A program made the position numbers and the translations under genes. From assembly GCA_024408765.1 (NCBI GenBank), contig JAKSUR010000001.1, positions 15,612-79,611 of the forward strand: 64,000 nucleotides of DNA, written 5' to 3'. The stretch comes from a bacterium (GTDB taxonomy: Bacteria; Cyanobacteriota; Vampirovibrionia; Gastranaerophilales; Gastranaerophilaceae). The notes under the pieces were generated by a model. That model saw nothing but the letters and a program-made list of their open reading frames with translations, was not told the origin of the DNA and did no database searches. Of this stretch, positions 47,475 to 58,005 are shown piece after piece (the first letter of the stretch is position 1; each line of letters opens with the position of its first letter).

Positions 47475-48725
47475 TTAATCAACTCCTTTCAAGCGTATTG
47501 TAAACTCTGTGTAATCTTCACCCGAACGAGAAAGTTCAATTTGACCGAGTTGTTCTTCAATCGATTTTTTACAAATCCACAACCCCAAACCTGTACCGTT
47601 TGATTTAGTTGAAAATCCTTGATTAAAGATTTTTTCCGGCTCTTTTATTTCCGGTGCATTATTGGAAACCATAATGACAACAAAATCGTTATCTTTTTCT
47701 GTTTTTATTTTTATATACTTACCATTTTTAGGAGTGTTTTCATTATAAACATCTGTATGAAAAGCTTCTGATGCATTTTTTATTAAGTTAATTAATACTG
47801 CTATAAGTTTTTCGGAATCGGCAAGCACTTTAATATCAGAGGTATTTTCAACCTGTAAATCAATATTTTGCTCTTCAAGGTAAACTTTGCCGAGTTCAAT
47901 GGTTTCATTTACTATTTCTTGTAATAAATAAGGTTTTAATTCTGCATTTTCCTTCGTTTTTAGAGATATAAGCGAATTATTGGCCATTTTAATACTTTTA
48001 TTAATAGTATTTAATGCATTTAAAATACTTTCTTTATCAGCAATTTCTTTTTCAATATGTTTTCTTATTATTTCAGAATACAAATCACATATAGAAAGCT
48101 GGTTTCTGACTTCGTGGGCTATAATACGTGATTTTTGACTCATATAATCAGAGTTGATAAGAGTTTCCGCACTTTGCTCAGCATACCCTAAAACAGCATC
48201 ACTTGCAGATTCTTCCATATTATCAAGCAATTTATGAACAGATGCATTCAAAAGCACATTGTCACGTCTGTCAGGCGTGTATTTTGTCTGATATTCAGAA
48301 ATATCAATTTTTGAATTTCTTTTTATAATATCGAGAGCTTCATTTTGAAGTTTTGAATTTACTATTGAATAGTATCTTACAGAATCCTTATCACCTGTAT
48401 TTGTATCCCAGACGATAATTGAAACATATCTGTGAGTTAAAACGCATAAAAATTCTGTATTTGCCCAAACTTTTTCAATGAGATTATCAGAATCATCCGC
48501 ATAATTTATTGATTCTATTGCTGAAAACTCCAAACGCTTTAAAAGTCCTTGTAACCCTTCTTTATTTTCAATTCTATATAAAACGACTCCATTTTCCGGA
48601 TTATCTAAAAGAGGTTCAAGCGAAGAGCGAACAAAGCATTTTAAAGATTGCCTCGTAAGAAAATGATTTCCTTGAGTTTCAATCAAATCTTTTAAATAAT
48701 TTTGTTGTCTGACTATTTTTCGCAT
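47475..48725 (-). CDS. Soluble sensor histidine kinase (unassigned roughly 190-aa N-terminal sensory domain, possibly DICT-like)
   Basis: H-box IIAHEVRNQL, N-box LINLIKNASEA, and G-boxes FNQGFSTK and GTGLGL. There is no hydrophobic TM segment. The ATG at 48725 is preferred over the TTG at 48749. Confidence 0.85.
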   Translation of the reverse strand: MRKIVRQQNYLKDLIETQGNHFLTRQSLKCFVRSSLEPLLDNPENGVVLYRIENKEGLQGLLKRLEFSAIESINYADDSDNLIEKVWANTEFLCVLTHRYVSIIVWDTNTGDKDSVRYYSIVNSKLQNEALDIIKRNSKIDISEYQTKYTPDRRDNVLLNASVHKLLDNMEESASDAVLGYAEQSAETLINSDYMSQKSRIIAHEVRNQLSICDLYSEIIRKHIEKEIADKESILNALNTINKSIKMANNSLISLKTKENAELKPYLLQEIVNETIELGKVYLEEQNIDLQVENTSDIKVLADSEKLIAVLINLIKNASEAFHTDVYNENTPKNGKYIKIKTEKDNDFVVIMVSNNAPEIKEPEKIFNQGFSTKSNGTGLGLWICKKSIEEQLGQIELSRSGEDYTEFTIRLKGVD

Positions 48726-48759
48726 TTGAACCCCATTTATTAAAAGCAAATGTTATCAG

Positions 48760-49473
48760 CTATCTGCTTGCAACGGTACTCATACCTTTTTTTGTCAAGA
48801 AACCGTTGTTTATTGCGTATAATACAGCTTGTGTTCTGTCATTAACTTGTAACTTTTGGAAAATGTTATTGACATGAGTTTTTACTGTTGTTTCTGAAAT
48901 GAAGAGTTTTGAAGCGACTCCTTTGTAAGTAATACCTTGAGTTAAGAGTTCCAATACTTCTTCTTCTCTCTGAGTTAAGTAAGAAAGCAAATTTTCTTCG
49001 TTCAATTCTTGTTTAGCATTTTCATCTCTGAATGATTGCTGGAAGTATTCAAAAAATCTAGAAGAAAGTGCAAGCGGAAGATATATTTTCCCGTTCAGAA
49101 CTTCTTCAATTGCATAAATAAGTTGAGCAGATGCCATAGTTTTCAACACATAACCTTTTGCACCGATTTTCATTGCTCTAAAAATTAAGTCTGCATCGTC
49201 GTATCCTGAGAGTGCCAAAACTTTTGTATCCGAATCCAATTTCCCGATTTCAATAATTCCTTGCAGACCATCTCTATCCGGCATATTCATGTCTAAAAGT
49301 ACAATATCCGGCTGATATTTCTTAATCAAATTCAAACCAACCGTAACATTTGTGGCGATACCAACTACATCAAATGTACCTTCAAGATTCAATAATTCTC
49401 TAATCCCAACGAGGTGTTCATAATTGTCATCAATAAGCAAAACTTTTGATTTCTTTTTAAATTCTCGTCTCAT
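48760..49473 (-). CDS. Response regulator, NarL/LuxR (FixJ) family
   Basis: Receiver domain (VLLIDD..., DIVLLDMNMPD) and a C-terminal LuxR HTH (LTQREEEVLELLTQGITYKGVASKLFISETTVKTHVNNIFQKL). The ATG at 49473 has a GAAGGAGAG SD. Confidence 0.9.
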   Translation of the reverse strand: MRREFKKKSKVLLIDDNYEHLVGIRELLNLEGTFDVVGIATNVTVGLNLIKKYQPDIVLLDMNMPDRDGLQGIIEIGKLDSDTKVLALSGYDDADLIFRAMKIGAKGYVLKTMASAQLIYAIEEVLNGKIYLPLALSSRFFEYFQQSFRDENAKQELNEENLLSYLTQREEEVLELLTQGITYKGVASKLFISETTVKTHVNNIFQKLQVNDRTQAVLYAINNGFLTKKGMSTVASR

Positions 49474-49616
49474 ACTCTCTCCTTCTTCCCTATCTTTATA
49501 TGTTGTAAATTGTATTTTTTCTCTCAACTCTACTCTATGTATATTACCCCTTAACAGATGATTGTTTCATCATCAAAAAGGTTAATTTTAAAGGGTTTTG
49601 GCTAAATATACAGATC

Positions 49617-49632
49617 TAGACCACATGGTCTA
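49617..49632. promoter_or_regulatory. 7-2-7 inverted repeat TAGACCA-CA-TGGTCTA upstream of the response-regulator gene
   Basis: Perfect heptamer arms with a 2-nt spacer, about 145 nt upstream of the RR ATG. The geometry matches NarL-type 7-2-7 sites. Confidence 0.3.
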
Positions 49633-49851
49633 TAAATAAGGTAAAAATTAACAATATTAACAAATTTAAGGCATGCCGAACAAAATTCAAACTTACCTTA
49701 AAAAGTGTAGTTAAAAAAGAGGAGTATCATCTGATAAGTTTAATTTGAATGTATGGTTTTAAGTATAATTTTAAATCCGAATATAAAAATTTAGGTTAAA
49801 TAATTGACATCACCTCTTATTTGCCTTTAAATATAATCAAGTATTGAATTT

Positions 49852-50595
49852 ATGGAGAGTATGGCTTTGGAAAAAAATGTTATATGTATAAAATGGGGAA
49901 CAAAATTCGGTTCCGAATATGTAAATCGTCTTTATAAAATGGTTCAAAAAAATCTGAGTTTTCCGCATAGATTTGTTTGTTTTACAGACGACTCGGAAGG
50001 TTTGGTTGAAGGTATTGAAACGAGAGAACTTCCGCCATACAGTGATAACCCAAATATTGGAGATAAGGGATGGAGAAAATTATCTCTTTTTAATAAAGAA
50101 TTAGCCGATTTACATGGAACAGCTTTATTCTTGGATCTTGATATTGTTATAAAACAAAGTTTAGATCCGTTTTTTGAAGTTGAAGGTGATTTTTTAATCA
50201 TTAAAGATTGGGATTTCCCAAAAGATATTATAGGAAATTCATCTGTTTTCAGATTTGAAATCGGCAAATATCCCGAAGTTTTGGAAAATTTTTATAAACT
50301 TGGAAATGAAATCAGGCATGATTACAAAAATGAGCAAGCTTTTTTATCATACCAAATGCACGAAAAAGGAATTTTAAAATATTGGGATTCTGACTGGTGT
50401 GTAAGTTTTAAAAGAAACTGTTTACAACCGTTTCCGCTAAATTTCTTTTTGCTTCCGAAAGACCCTGAAAATGCAAAAATAATCGTTTTTCACGGTCGTC
50501 CGACACCTGAACAGGCAAGGGCAGGTTATAACGGAAAAGGCGGACTCAGGTATGTTAAACCTACAACATGGTTGGACAAGTATCGTAATGTATAA
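49852..50595 (+). CDS. Putative glycosyltransferase-like protein (GT-A-like, DxD)
   Basis: 247 aa with ICIKWGTKFGSEYVNRLYKMV...FVCFTDD and the candidate DxD FLDLDIVI. The assignment is from motif memory only. Confidence 0.35.
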   Translation: MESMALEKNVICIKWGTKFGSEYVNRLYKMVQKNLSFPHRFVCFTDDSEGLVEGIETRELPPYSDNPNIGDKGWRKLSLFNKELADLHGTALFLDLDIVIKQSLDPFFEVEGDFLIIKDWDFPKDIIGNSSVFRFEIGKYPEVLENFYKLGNEIRHDYKNEQAFLSYQMHEKGILKYWDSDWCVSFKRNCLQPFPLNFFLLPKDPENAKIIVFHGRPTPEQARAGYNGKGGLRYVKPTTWLDKYRNV

Positions 50596-50598
50596 GCT

Positions 50599-51774
50599 TT
50601 AAAGCGCTTCTGCAATGTTTTTTATATCAATGTTGGTAATGCTTTTCATTGCCATGTCTTTGTGGTTTTGAGTTAAAAGTTCTTTTTCTTTTAATATTGT
50701 TAAAACTTTTAAAATCAAAGTTTGATTACTGCTTTCAAGCAAAGTTTCAAGTTCCTCGGGTTCATTTACATAATCAACCGCAAAAAAGACAAAATCACTT
50801 TCTTCATAAAGTTCGTCATATAAAAGGCTGTTTAATTTGTTGTTATTTAAAGGTTTTAACATTCTTGTAATTTCATTAACAGCATCTTTTGTATTTTTAT
50901 CGGAATCAAAAAGGTATTCGTCATTGGAAATAAATTCTTCAAACTTATCTTTTGCCATTCTTAAAATTAAAGCGGAAATGCTGTCAAACTCTTTTGATAA
51001 GAGTTCTTGAAACACATTGTTTAAATCATAATCGCAAACTACAGACAGAGGAAGAATCTCAGGAATAGAATTGAGTATGTGTGCAATTACAAGAAGCCCG
51101 TTTTCATAATCAGTATTTAACAATTCCGATAAAGGTACAAGGTACGGAATTTCAGAGGCAATGTTTTCCGAAAGCCCCGACTTTTTCATAACCTCAATAA
51201 TTTTAGGTAAACTCTCTTTTGAATTAAATGCGACTAAAAATTTGATACCTTCATATTGCTCAAATTCATCTTCCGAATCAAGTTTTTTTAAAGCTTCTTC
51301 TTTTGATTCTTGGTCATTTAAAAGAGATAAAACTTCAATAGCATTTGCAGAAAGCATTTCTATATCAGACTTTGAGGCATTTCTGATTTCCGGCAAAAGT
51401 TCTTTAACCATATTTGAATCCGCAAAAGTAAAATATTTCAAAGCATAAGCTTTTTGAGAATTATTGCCGTTAAGAAATAATTCCTTCATTTTTGCAAATA
51501 TGGTTTCTCCGCCAAAATTATGTAAAACTTCGGCAATCATCGTATCGTAATAAGGCGAATATATATTCAAAAAGTTTAATAAATTCAAATAATTTTCTTT
51601 ATTGCAAGCTTTTTGAATACGTTTTGCGACATTGTTTTTTATGAAATCAAATAAAAAATCGTCCTGCGAAACGAGCTTTTCAAACAATACAACATCAGAA
51701 TTATCCACAAGTGATTGTGCAACAGGCTCGTACTCAGAAGGGTTTTTTCCGGTGAGTTTCTTTATCAAATCCAT
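50599..51774 (-). CDS. Hypothetical all-helical protein, HEAT/ARM-like repeats
   Basis: 391 aa with recurrent roughly 30-40 aa helical units (for example ANAIEVLSLLNDQESKEEALKKLDSEDEFEQYEGIKFLVAF). No catalytic motif. Confidence 0.4.
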   Translation of the reverse strand: MDLIKKLTGKNPSEYEPVAQSLVDNSDVVLFEKLVSQDDFLFDFIKNNVAKRIQKACNKENYLNLLNFLNIYSPYYDTMIAEVLHNFGGETIFAKMKELFLNGNNSQKAYALKYFTFADSNMVKELLPEIRNASKSDIEMLSANAIEVLSLLNDQESKEEALKKLDSEDEFEQYEGIKFLVAFNSKESLPKIIEVMKKSGLSENIASEIPYLVPLSELLNTDYENGLLVIAHILNSIPEILPLSVVCDYDLNNVFQELLSKEFDSISALILRMAKDKFEEFISNDEYLFDSDKNTKDAVNEITRMLKPLNNNKLNSLLYDELYEESDFVFFAVDYVNEPEELETLLESSNQTLILKVLTILKEKELLTQNHKDMAMKSITNIDIKNIAEAL

Positions 51775-51783
51775 AAATACAAA

Positions 51784-52362
51784 TTAATCCAAATAAAATA
51801 CTGTTACTACTTTATGATTTTCTTCCGCATAATCAATTGCACCATGAAGAGTCTTACTTGTATGTGACAAGAAGCAAATCAATTGATTGCAATCGTCAAT
51901 AATTTCTCTGTTGCAAACTCTTGAAGCATCTGCAAGAGTCATCATTGCTCTGTCAGAATGTTCAACTATATTGGGAACTCCGATTAACTGGTCTTGAACA
52001 TCCGATGGTTGTTGACCAATTGTTTGAGGAAGAATCACCTTCAATTTGTCGGGATTAGACTTCATTGCACCACGAATAGCGGCCGCATTTGTACCGCAAG
52101 AACCGCCGGAGGTGATTATTGTGTTACCTTGCATTACGAGTGCGGTAGTCAAAGTTTCTATCATCTGTTGGTGAGTAATTGCAAGGTTTCTTGAACCTAT
52201 GATTGCGATTCTTTTTGCAGGTTGTTTTATTGTAGCAAGCTCCATAGCAAGTTCATCAATTGTATCCGGAGAATTGTCTGCCGTATCCATACTATCTCCA
52301 ATTGGTACCATTATGGAAGGTTGCTGTTGTTCACCGTCTAAAGAATCTAAAATATCAATCAT
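51784..52362 (-). CDS. DprA/Smf-like Rossmann (SLOG-type) domain protein, short form
   Basis: RIAIIGSRNLAITHQQMIETLTTALVMQGNTIITSGGSCGTNAAAIRGAM resembles the DprA core (IVGSR...SGxAxGxDxxAH). It is only 192 aa and has an acidic N-terminus. Confidence 0.5.
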   Translation of the reverse strand: MIDILDSLDGEQQQPSIMVPIGDSMDTADNSPDTIDELAMELATIKQPAKRIAIIGSRNLAITHQQMIETLTTALVMQGNTIITSGGSCGTNAAAIRGAMKSNPDKLKVILPQTIGQQPSDVQDQLIGVPNIVEHSDRAMMTLADASRVCNREIIDDCNQLICFLSHTSKTLHGAIDYAEENHKVVTVFYLD

Positions 52363-52448
52363 TTTACCACCTTTATCATTTGCAAATATTAATTATTTTG
52401 TGTATGCTGAATTATAATATCATAAAATCAGACATTTGGGAATAGGGA

Positions 52449-54959
52449 ATGGAAAATATTTTAGAAAAGTTGAATTCAGAACAGTGTGAAGCTGCGACGA
52501 CAACAGAGGGTGCTTTGCTTATACTTGCAGGTGCAGGAAGCGGAAAAACAAGAGTTTTGACTACCAGAATAGCATATATGATTCAACATGGGGCAATCTC
52601 AGGAAGATTTTTGGCGGTAACATTTACGAATAAAGCAGCAAAAGAGATGAAGGAACGGCTTTCTTCTATTCTTGGTGAAAATGTTGTTAAATATATGTGG
52701 GTTGGTACTTTTCACAGTATTTGCGGAAGAATTTTAAGGCAGGATATAGAAAACTATTCTTTTCAATCGGGCAAAAAACTTGATAAAAATTTTACAATAT
52801 ATGATGAAACAGATTCTATTGCGGTTATAAAACAATGTGTTAAAAAATTGAATCTTGATGACAAAATTTATGCACCAAAATTGATAAAAGCAGTTATTTC
52901 AAATGCCAAAAACAAAATGCAAGACGCATTCAGCTTTGCAACATTTGCAAAAGATTTTAAATCACAAAATATTGCAAAAGTTTTTGAAGCTTATGAAAAC
53001 GCTTTGAACAATAATAATGCCATAGATTTTGACGATATGCTTCTTTTAACCGTTAAACTTTTGGAACAAAATCCTGATGTCAGAAAAAAATATTTTGACA
53101 AATTTCAACATATTCTGGTGGATGAATATCAGGATACGAACCTTGCGCAATACAAACTTGTCAATGCTTTGTATACAAACCTTGAAAAATTTATTCCGCA
53201 AGAACGCTCGCTTTGTGTTGTGGGTGATGTTGACCAGTCAATATATAGCTGGCGTGGTGCGGATTTTAGGATAATTATGAATTTTCAAAAAGATTTTCCT
53301 AACGCAAAAGTTGTCAAATTAGAGCAAAACTATCGTTCAACTGCCAATATTTTAAACGCGGCAAACGCTGTCATTGAAAACAATGAAGAACGTGTTGAAA
53401 AGGTTTTGTATTCGCAAAAAGGCGACGGAGAAAAAATAACTTATTATGAAGCTCAAGATGAAGCTGATGAAGCAAATTATATAGTTAATTCCATTTCATC
53501 TACATCCGAAAATTATAATCAATTTGCTATTTTGTACAGAACAAATGCTCAATCCCGTGCATTGGAAGAAGCATTAATTGCACAAGGTATTCCATACAGA
53601 ATATATGGCGGTTTAAAATTCTATGACAGAAAAGAAATTAAGGATGCGATTGCATACTTAAAATTAATCTACAATATTGACGATTCACAATCATTAAAAC
53701 GAATTATAAATGTTCCGAAACGAGCAATAGGCGAGGCAACACTAAAACATTTGCAAGACTATGCGGATAAAAACGATATGAGCTTATTTAAAGCAATTTT
53801 AGAATCGGAAAATATTGAAACTCTTAAATCAGGCACAACAACCAAACTTAAAAACTTTGCCGAACTGATAATAAAACTTCAAGAAGCACAAACAAGATAC
53901 AATTTACCTGAGTTTTTAGGATTAATTTTTGAAAGAAGCGGATATTTGCACGAACTCAGTATGTCCGGAACTGATGAAGATCAAACTCGTATTGAAAACT
54001 TGCAAGAATTGGTTAATGTTGCAAATGAATTTGAGCCGGAGGATTTAGATAATACTTTGGGAGAATTTTTAACCCAAATTTCACTTGTTTCTGATATAGA
54101 CGGAATGGACGAAATCGCTAACAATGTTACTCTTATGACATTACACGCATCAAAAGGTTTGGAATTTCCTATTATTTATATAGCCGGTTGTGATGAAGGA
54201 ATTTTTCCTTCGGCAAGGACTATGAATATTCCTTCAGAACTTGAAGAAGAACGCAGACTTATGTATGTCGGAATTACCAGAGCAAGGGAAAAACTTTATC
54301 TTACAACTGCTAAACGCAGACAAATGTGGGGTGAGTACAAATATTACACACCAAGCCGGTTTATTGAAGAAATACCGGTTAATTTGCTTGATACGGAACA
54401 ATCTTCGGAAAGTGAATATTCACCAAGAAGCACATTTACCAACGCTGTAAAAAGTGTAAAAAATCGTGATTATGAATCAAAATCTTTTTCAAATAATTTT
54501 GATGAACAGATAAAAAACGGAACAGGATTCGGTAAAAATTTTGTCGCACCGCAAAGCGGTAAATCGCTCGGAACAAACACTATTAAATCAAAACAGGTTA
54601 CGGAAGTTGTAAAACGCACTCCTTCAAGAGCTTTTATAAATAAAAATCCGATAAATAAACAACGTGAAGAAGAAAAATTAAAAGCATTTTTTGAAAATAA
54701 TAAAATAAAAAAACAAATTGAAGAACGTAAAAAACAGCAACAGGAAGAACAAGAAGCAAAATTAAAAGCGGACGAGCTTAAAAATACTGCTACTCAGTAT
54801 TATTTTAATGTCGGAGAACGTGTTTTTCACGAAAAACTTGGTGTAGGACATATAACGGATGTTATACAAATAGGCGAAAGCACAATGTACACAATAGATT
54901 TCGGCAAACTTGGCAAAAAAGCTATGGACGCATCATATGCTCATTTGAAAAAATTTTAA
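52449..54959 (+). CDS. pcrA: ATP-dependent DNA helicase PcrA/UvrD with a long K/E-rich linker and a C-terminal Tudor-like domain
   Basis: SF1 motifs AGAGSGKT, VDEYQDTN, QNYRS, LHASKGLEF and VGITRA. The C-terminus reads GERVFHEKLGVGHITDV... Confidence 0.95.
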   Translation: MENILEKLNSEQCEAATTTEGALLILAGAGSGKTRVLTTRIAYMIQHGAISGRFLAVTFTNKAAKEMKERLSSILGENVVKYMWVGTFHSICGRILRQDIENYSFQSGKKLDKNFTIYDETDSIAVIKQCVKKLNLDDKIYAPKLIKAVISNAKNKMQDAFSFATFAKDFKSQNIAKVFEAYENALNNNNAIDFDDMLLLTVKLLEQNPDVRKKYFDKFQHILVDEYQDTNLAQYKLVNALYTNLEKFIPQERSLCVVGDVDQSIYSWRGADFRIIMNFQKDFPNAKVVKLEQNYRSTANILNAANAVIENNEERVEKVLYSQKGDGEKITYYEAQDEADEANYIVNSISSTSENYNQFAILYRTNAQSRALEEALIAQGIPYRIYGGLKFYDRKEIKDAIAYLKLIYNIDDSQSLKRIINVPKRAIGEATLKHLQDYADKNDMSLFKAILESENIETLKSGTTTKLKNFAELIIKLQEAQTRYNLPEFLGLIFERSGYLHELSMSGTDEDQTRIENLQELVNVANEFEPEDLDNTLGEFLTQISLVSDIDGMDEIANNVTLMTLHASKGLEFPIIYIAGCDEGIFPSARTMNIPSELEEERRLMYVGITRAREKLYLTTAKRRQMWGEYKYYTPSRFIEEIPVNLLDTEQSSESEYSPRSTFTNAVKSVKNRDYESKSFSNNFDEQIKNGTGFGKNFVAPQSGKSLGTNTIKSKQVTEVVKRTPSRAFINKNPINKQREEEKLKAFFENNKIKKQIEERKKQQQEEQEAKLKADELKNTATQYYFNVGERVFHEKLGVGHITDVIQIGESTMYTIDFGKLGKKAMDASYAHLKKF

Positions 54960-54969
54960 AATCTTAAAA

Positions 54970-56775
54970 CTATTCGTCATCTAAGCTTAAAACAGCCATA
55001 AATGCTTCTTGCGGAACTTCAACACGACCAATTGCTTTCATACGTTTCTTACCACGCTTTTGTTTTTCCAAAAGCTTACGTTTTCGTGTAATATCACCAC
55101 CATAACATTTATCCAAAACGCTTTTTCTGAGTGCTTTTATATTTGTTCTTGCAATAACTCGTCCGCCAATTGCAGCCTGAATCGGAACTTCAAACATTTG
55201 CCTCGGGATAATTGTTTTTAATTTTTCGGTCAATTTCTGTCCTATATAATAAGCATTATCTTCATGACAAATAACAGAAAGTGCATCTACAACTTCTCCT
55301 GCAAGCATTACATCAAGTTTAACAAGTTTTGAGCGTTTATAGTCACAAAATTCATAATCCAAGCTTGCATAACCTTTTGAACGAGATTTTAATTGGTCAT
55401 AAAAGTCAGTAATAACTTCACTTAAAGGCAAATGATAAATCAAATCAACTCTGACTTTATCGAGGTAATTCATATTAATAAAAATTCCTCGCTTTGATTG
55501 TGCCAAATCCATAAGTGTTCCTACAAATTCATTCGGTGTAATAATAGAAACCTTTACATAAGGTTCTTCAATATAATCTCTGTATTGAGCAGCCGGAAGA
55601 TTTGCAGGATTATCAATCTCGACAACTTCTCCGTTTGTTTTATGCACTTTATAAATAACGGAAGGTGCTGTCGTTACAAGTGACAAGTCATATTCTCGCT
55701 CTAATCTTTCCTGTGCGATTTCCATGTGAAGCATACCCAAAAAACCGCATCTAAAGCCAAAGCCTAAAGCACTTGATGTTTCAGGTTCAAACGTAATCGA
55801 ACTGTCAGAAAGTTTAAGCTTTTCCAATGACTCTTTTAATTCGTGATAATCTTCATTATCTACGGGATACATGCCGGAAAATACCATTGGCAAAGCTTCT
55901 TTATACCCGGGTAAAGGATCTGCCGCAGGATTTTCTACATGTGTAACCGTATCTCCGACAAATCTTGTAATTTCTTTAATCGACCCTGCAAAATATCCAA
56001 CATCACCGCAAATAAGTTCATTCACTTGCATTCTATCAGGTTTTAAATAACCTATTTCAACAATGTCATATTCTTTCCCTGATGCCATAAATCGAATTTT
56101 GTCGCCCAGCTTCATTTTACCATCCATTATCTTAAAGAAACAAAGCGTTCCCAGATAAGGATCATAGGCACTGTCAAAAACCAATGCTCTTAAAGGTTTT
56201 TCCGTTGTATCAATCGGAGGAGGCACAAATTCCACAATTGCTTCAAGCACCTTGTCAATTCCTTCACCGGTTTTTGCAGAAACAGGAATTGCCATTGAAC
56301 AATCTATTCCTAATATCTCTTCAATTTCTTGTTTTACCCTATCCACATCAGCAGAAGGTAAATCAATTTTATTGATTACGGGAATAATTTCCAAATTCTG
56401 CTCAATTGCCATATAAACATTTGCCAATGTTTGAGCTTCAACGCCTTGTGTTGCATCGACAATAAGTAATGCTCCTTCACATGCGGCCAGCGAACGTGAC
56501 ACTTCATAAGAAAAGTCAACATGCCCCGGTGTATCTATAAGATTAAATATATAATCTTTACCGCTTTTGCTTTTATAATTCATTCTTGCGGCATTTAATT
56601 TTATTGTAATACCACGTTCACGCTCAATATCCATAGTATCTAATAATTGCTCCTGCATATCTCTTTCGGCAATTGTTCCTGTCGCTTCCAAAAGTCTGTC
56701 TGCAAGTGTAGATTTACCATGGTCAATATGGGCTATTATACAAAAATTTCTAACATTATCTCTTGTTTTAGTCAT
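54970..56775 (-). CDS. lepA: Elongation factor 4
   Basis: [24 protein letters not shown], and the LepA-specific C-terminal domain. Confidence 0.97.
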   Translation of the reverse strand: MTKTRDNVRNFCIIAHIDHGKSTLADRLLEATGTIAERDMQEQLLDTMDIERERGITIKLNAARMNYKSKSGKDYIFNLIDTPGHVDFSYEVSRSLAACEGALLIVDATQGVEAQTLANVYMAIEQNLEIIPVINKIDLPSADVDRVKQEIEEILGIDCSMAIPVSAKTGEGIDKVLEAIVEFVPPPIDTTEKPLRALVFDSAYDPYLGTLCFFKIMDGKMKLGDKIRFMASGKEYDIVEIGYLKPDRMQVNELICGDVGYFAGSIKEITRFVGDTVTHVENPAADPLPGYKEALPMVFSGMYPVDNEDYHELKESLEKLKLSDSSITFEPETSSALGFGFRCGFLGMLHMEIAQERLEREYDLSLVTTAPSVIYKVHKTNGEVVEIDNPANLPAAQYRDYIEEPYVKVSIITPNEFVGTLMDLAQSKRGIFINMNYLDKVRVDLIYHLPLSEVITDFYDQLKSRSKGYASLDYEFCDYKRSKLVKLDVMLAGEVVDALSVICHEDNAYYIGQKLTEKLKTIIPRQMFEVPIQAAIGGRVIARTNIKALRKSVLDKCYGGDITRKRKLLEKQKRGKKRMKAIGRVEVPQEAFMAVLSLDDE

Positions 56776-56865
56776 TATTAATCCTGATTGAAATTACCGT
56801 AAATGCAATATAATTTTGATTTTAAGTTAATTTTACAATAAGAAAACAGCATTGTCTATTTAATC

Positions 56866-57483
56866 TTATCTGTCAAAAAACTTATCAAGTATTATATATA
56901 AATTTACCAAAATAAACCCGATAAACATTCCGGCAAGAACATCTGTCGGATAATGCACTCCCAAGTGCAAACGTGAAATTCCGACCAAAATTATAAATAC
57001 AACTAACAAAGTTATTAAAAAGTGTTTCCAAAATCCGCTTAAATGTTTTGAAATAAGATATATTAAAATTCCGAAAAAGCACATATTAATAAGAGTATGG
57101 CCTGATGGGAAACTGTACCCCGAGTATGAATCACCGCAAGGTCTTGTTCTGCAAATAATTTCTTTTATCCAATCGGTTAAAAAATATGAAAACTGAGTGA
57201 AAATTATAAGCATGGCAGTCTGTAAATAATATCTGTGAGAAATCAAAATCCCACTTGAAACAATAATTGGCCACAAAAGATTATAACGACCAAATTCATT
57301 AATCAAAAGAAGAACAAATTGCGGATAATTAACGGTAATTGATTGAACAGATTTCATAATAGAATAATCAAATTCTCTGATATTCGGCAAATATAAAACC
57401 AGCAATGTTATTACAGCAATAAAAAACACTGATATTACAATATAATGCAAATTTATTGCTAAATTATATTCTTTATTTTTCAT
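56866..57483 (-). CDS. PAP2-family phosphatase (undecaprenyl-diphosphatase/phosphatidate phosphatase-like), membrane protein
   Basis: PAP2 motifs KEIICRTRP, SFPSGHT and SRLHLGVHYPTDV. Confidence 0.85.
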   Translation of the reverse strand: MKNKEYNLAINLHYIVISVFFIAVITLLVLYLPNIREFDYSIMKSVQSITVNYPQFVLLLINEFGRYNLLWPIIVSSGILISHRYYLQTAMLIIFTQFSYFLTDWIKEIICRTRPCGDSYSGYSFPSGHTLINMCFFGILIYLISKHLSGFWKHFLITLLVVFIILVGISRLHLGVHYPTDVLAGMFIGFILVNLYIILDKFFDR

Positions 57484-57504
57484 ACTTCACTCCAAATAAA
57501 AATT

Positions 57505-58005
57505 TTATATACCGCCTTTAACTATTCCTATAAGGTTTGCAAGTTTGCCCATAATTGTAGCTATTATAGGAGTAATTTCCGTTACAAATACTGCAAAGAA
57601 AAATAGTGCGCCTAAAACTGCGATAAATTTTTGAATGTCAGAGAACATAAATATTTTTTTATTTTTAAATTCTTCAATACCTTTGTATTCTTCAGTAAAC
57701 GGTTTTACAGGTAATTTTTCTTCAATTTGTTCAATAACATTAGAAAATTTAATCTTAATTATTGTGTTATAAGAATCAACATTCATCCACCATAAAGCAC
57801 AAACAGCAATTCCAAACATTGAAAATACAAGAGTTGCTGTTATTTTTTCCATAAAAGTGACATTACCCGTAAATATCATTGCAAAAATAATTACAATAAA
57901 AGATATCATATAGAATCTGTTTGTACAGAAATTTCTGTCAATAAAATTATCTTTTTGTTCTGTATATAATTTGTATTCTTCAAAAATAAGCTCATCTCTA
58001 TCCAT
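57505..58005 (-). CDS. Small integral membrane protein (RipA-like pattern, low confidence)
   Basis: 166 aa. The N-terminal segment EEYKLYTEQKDNFIDRNFCTNRFY is followed by three hydrophobic helices. The gene overlaps the ftsH stop by 8 nt. Confidence 0.45.
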   Translation of the reverse strand: MDRDELIFEEYKLYTEQKDNFIDRNFCTNRFYMISFIVIIFAMIFTGNVTFMEKITATLVFSMFGIAVCALWWMNVDSYNTIIKIKFSNVIEQIEEKLPVKPFTEEYKGIEEFKNKKIFMFSDIQKFIAVLGALFFFAVFVTEITPIIATIMGKLANLIGIVKGGI

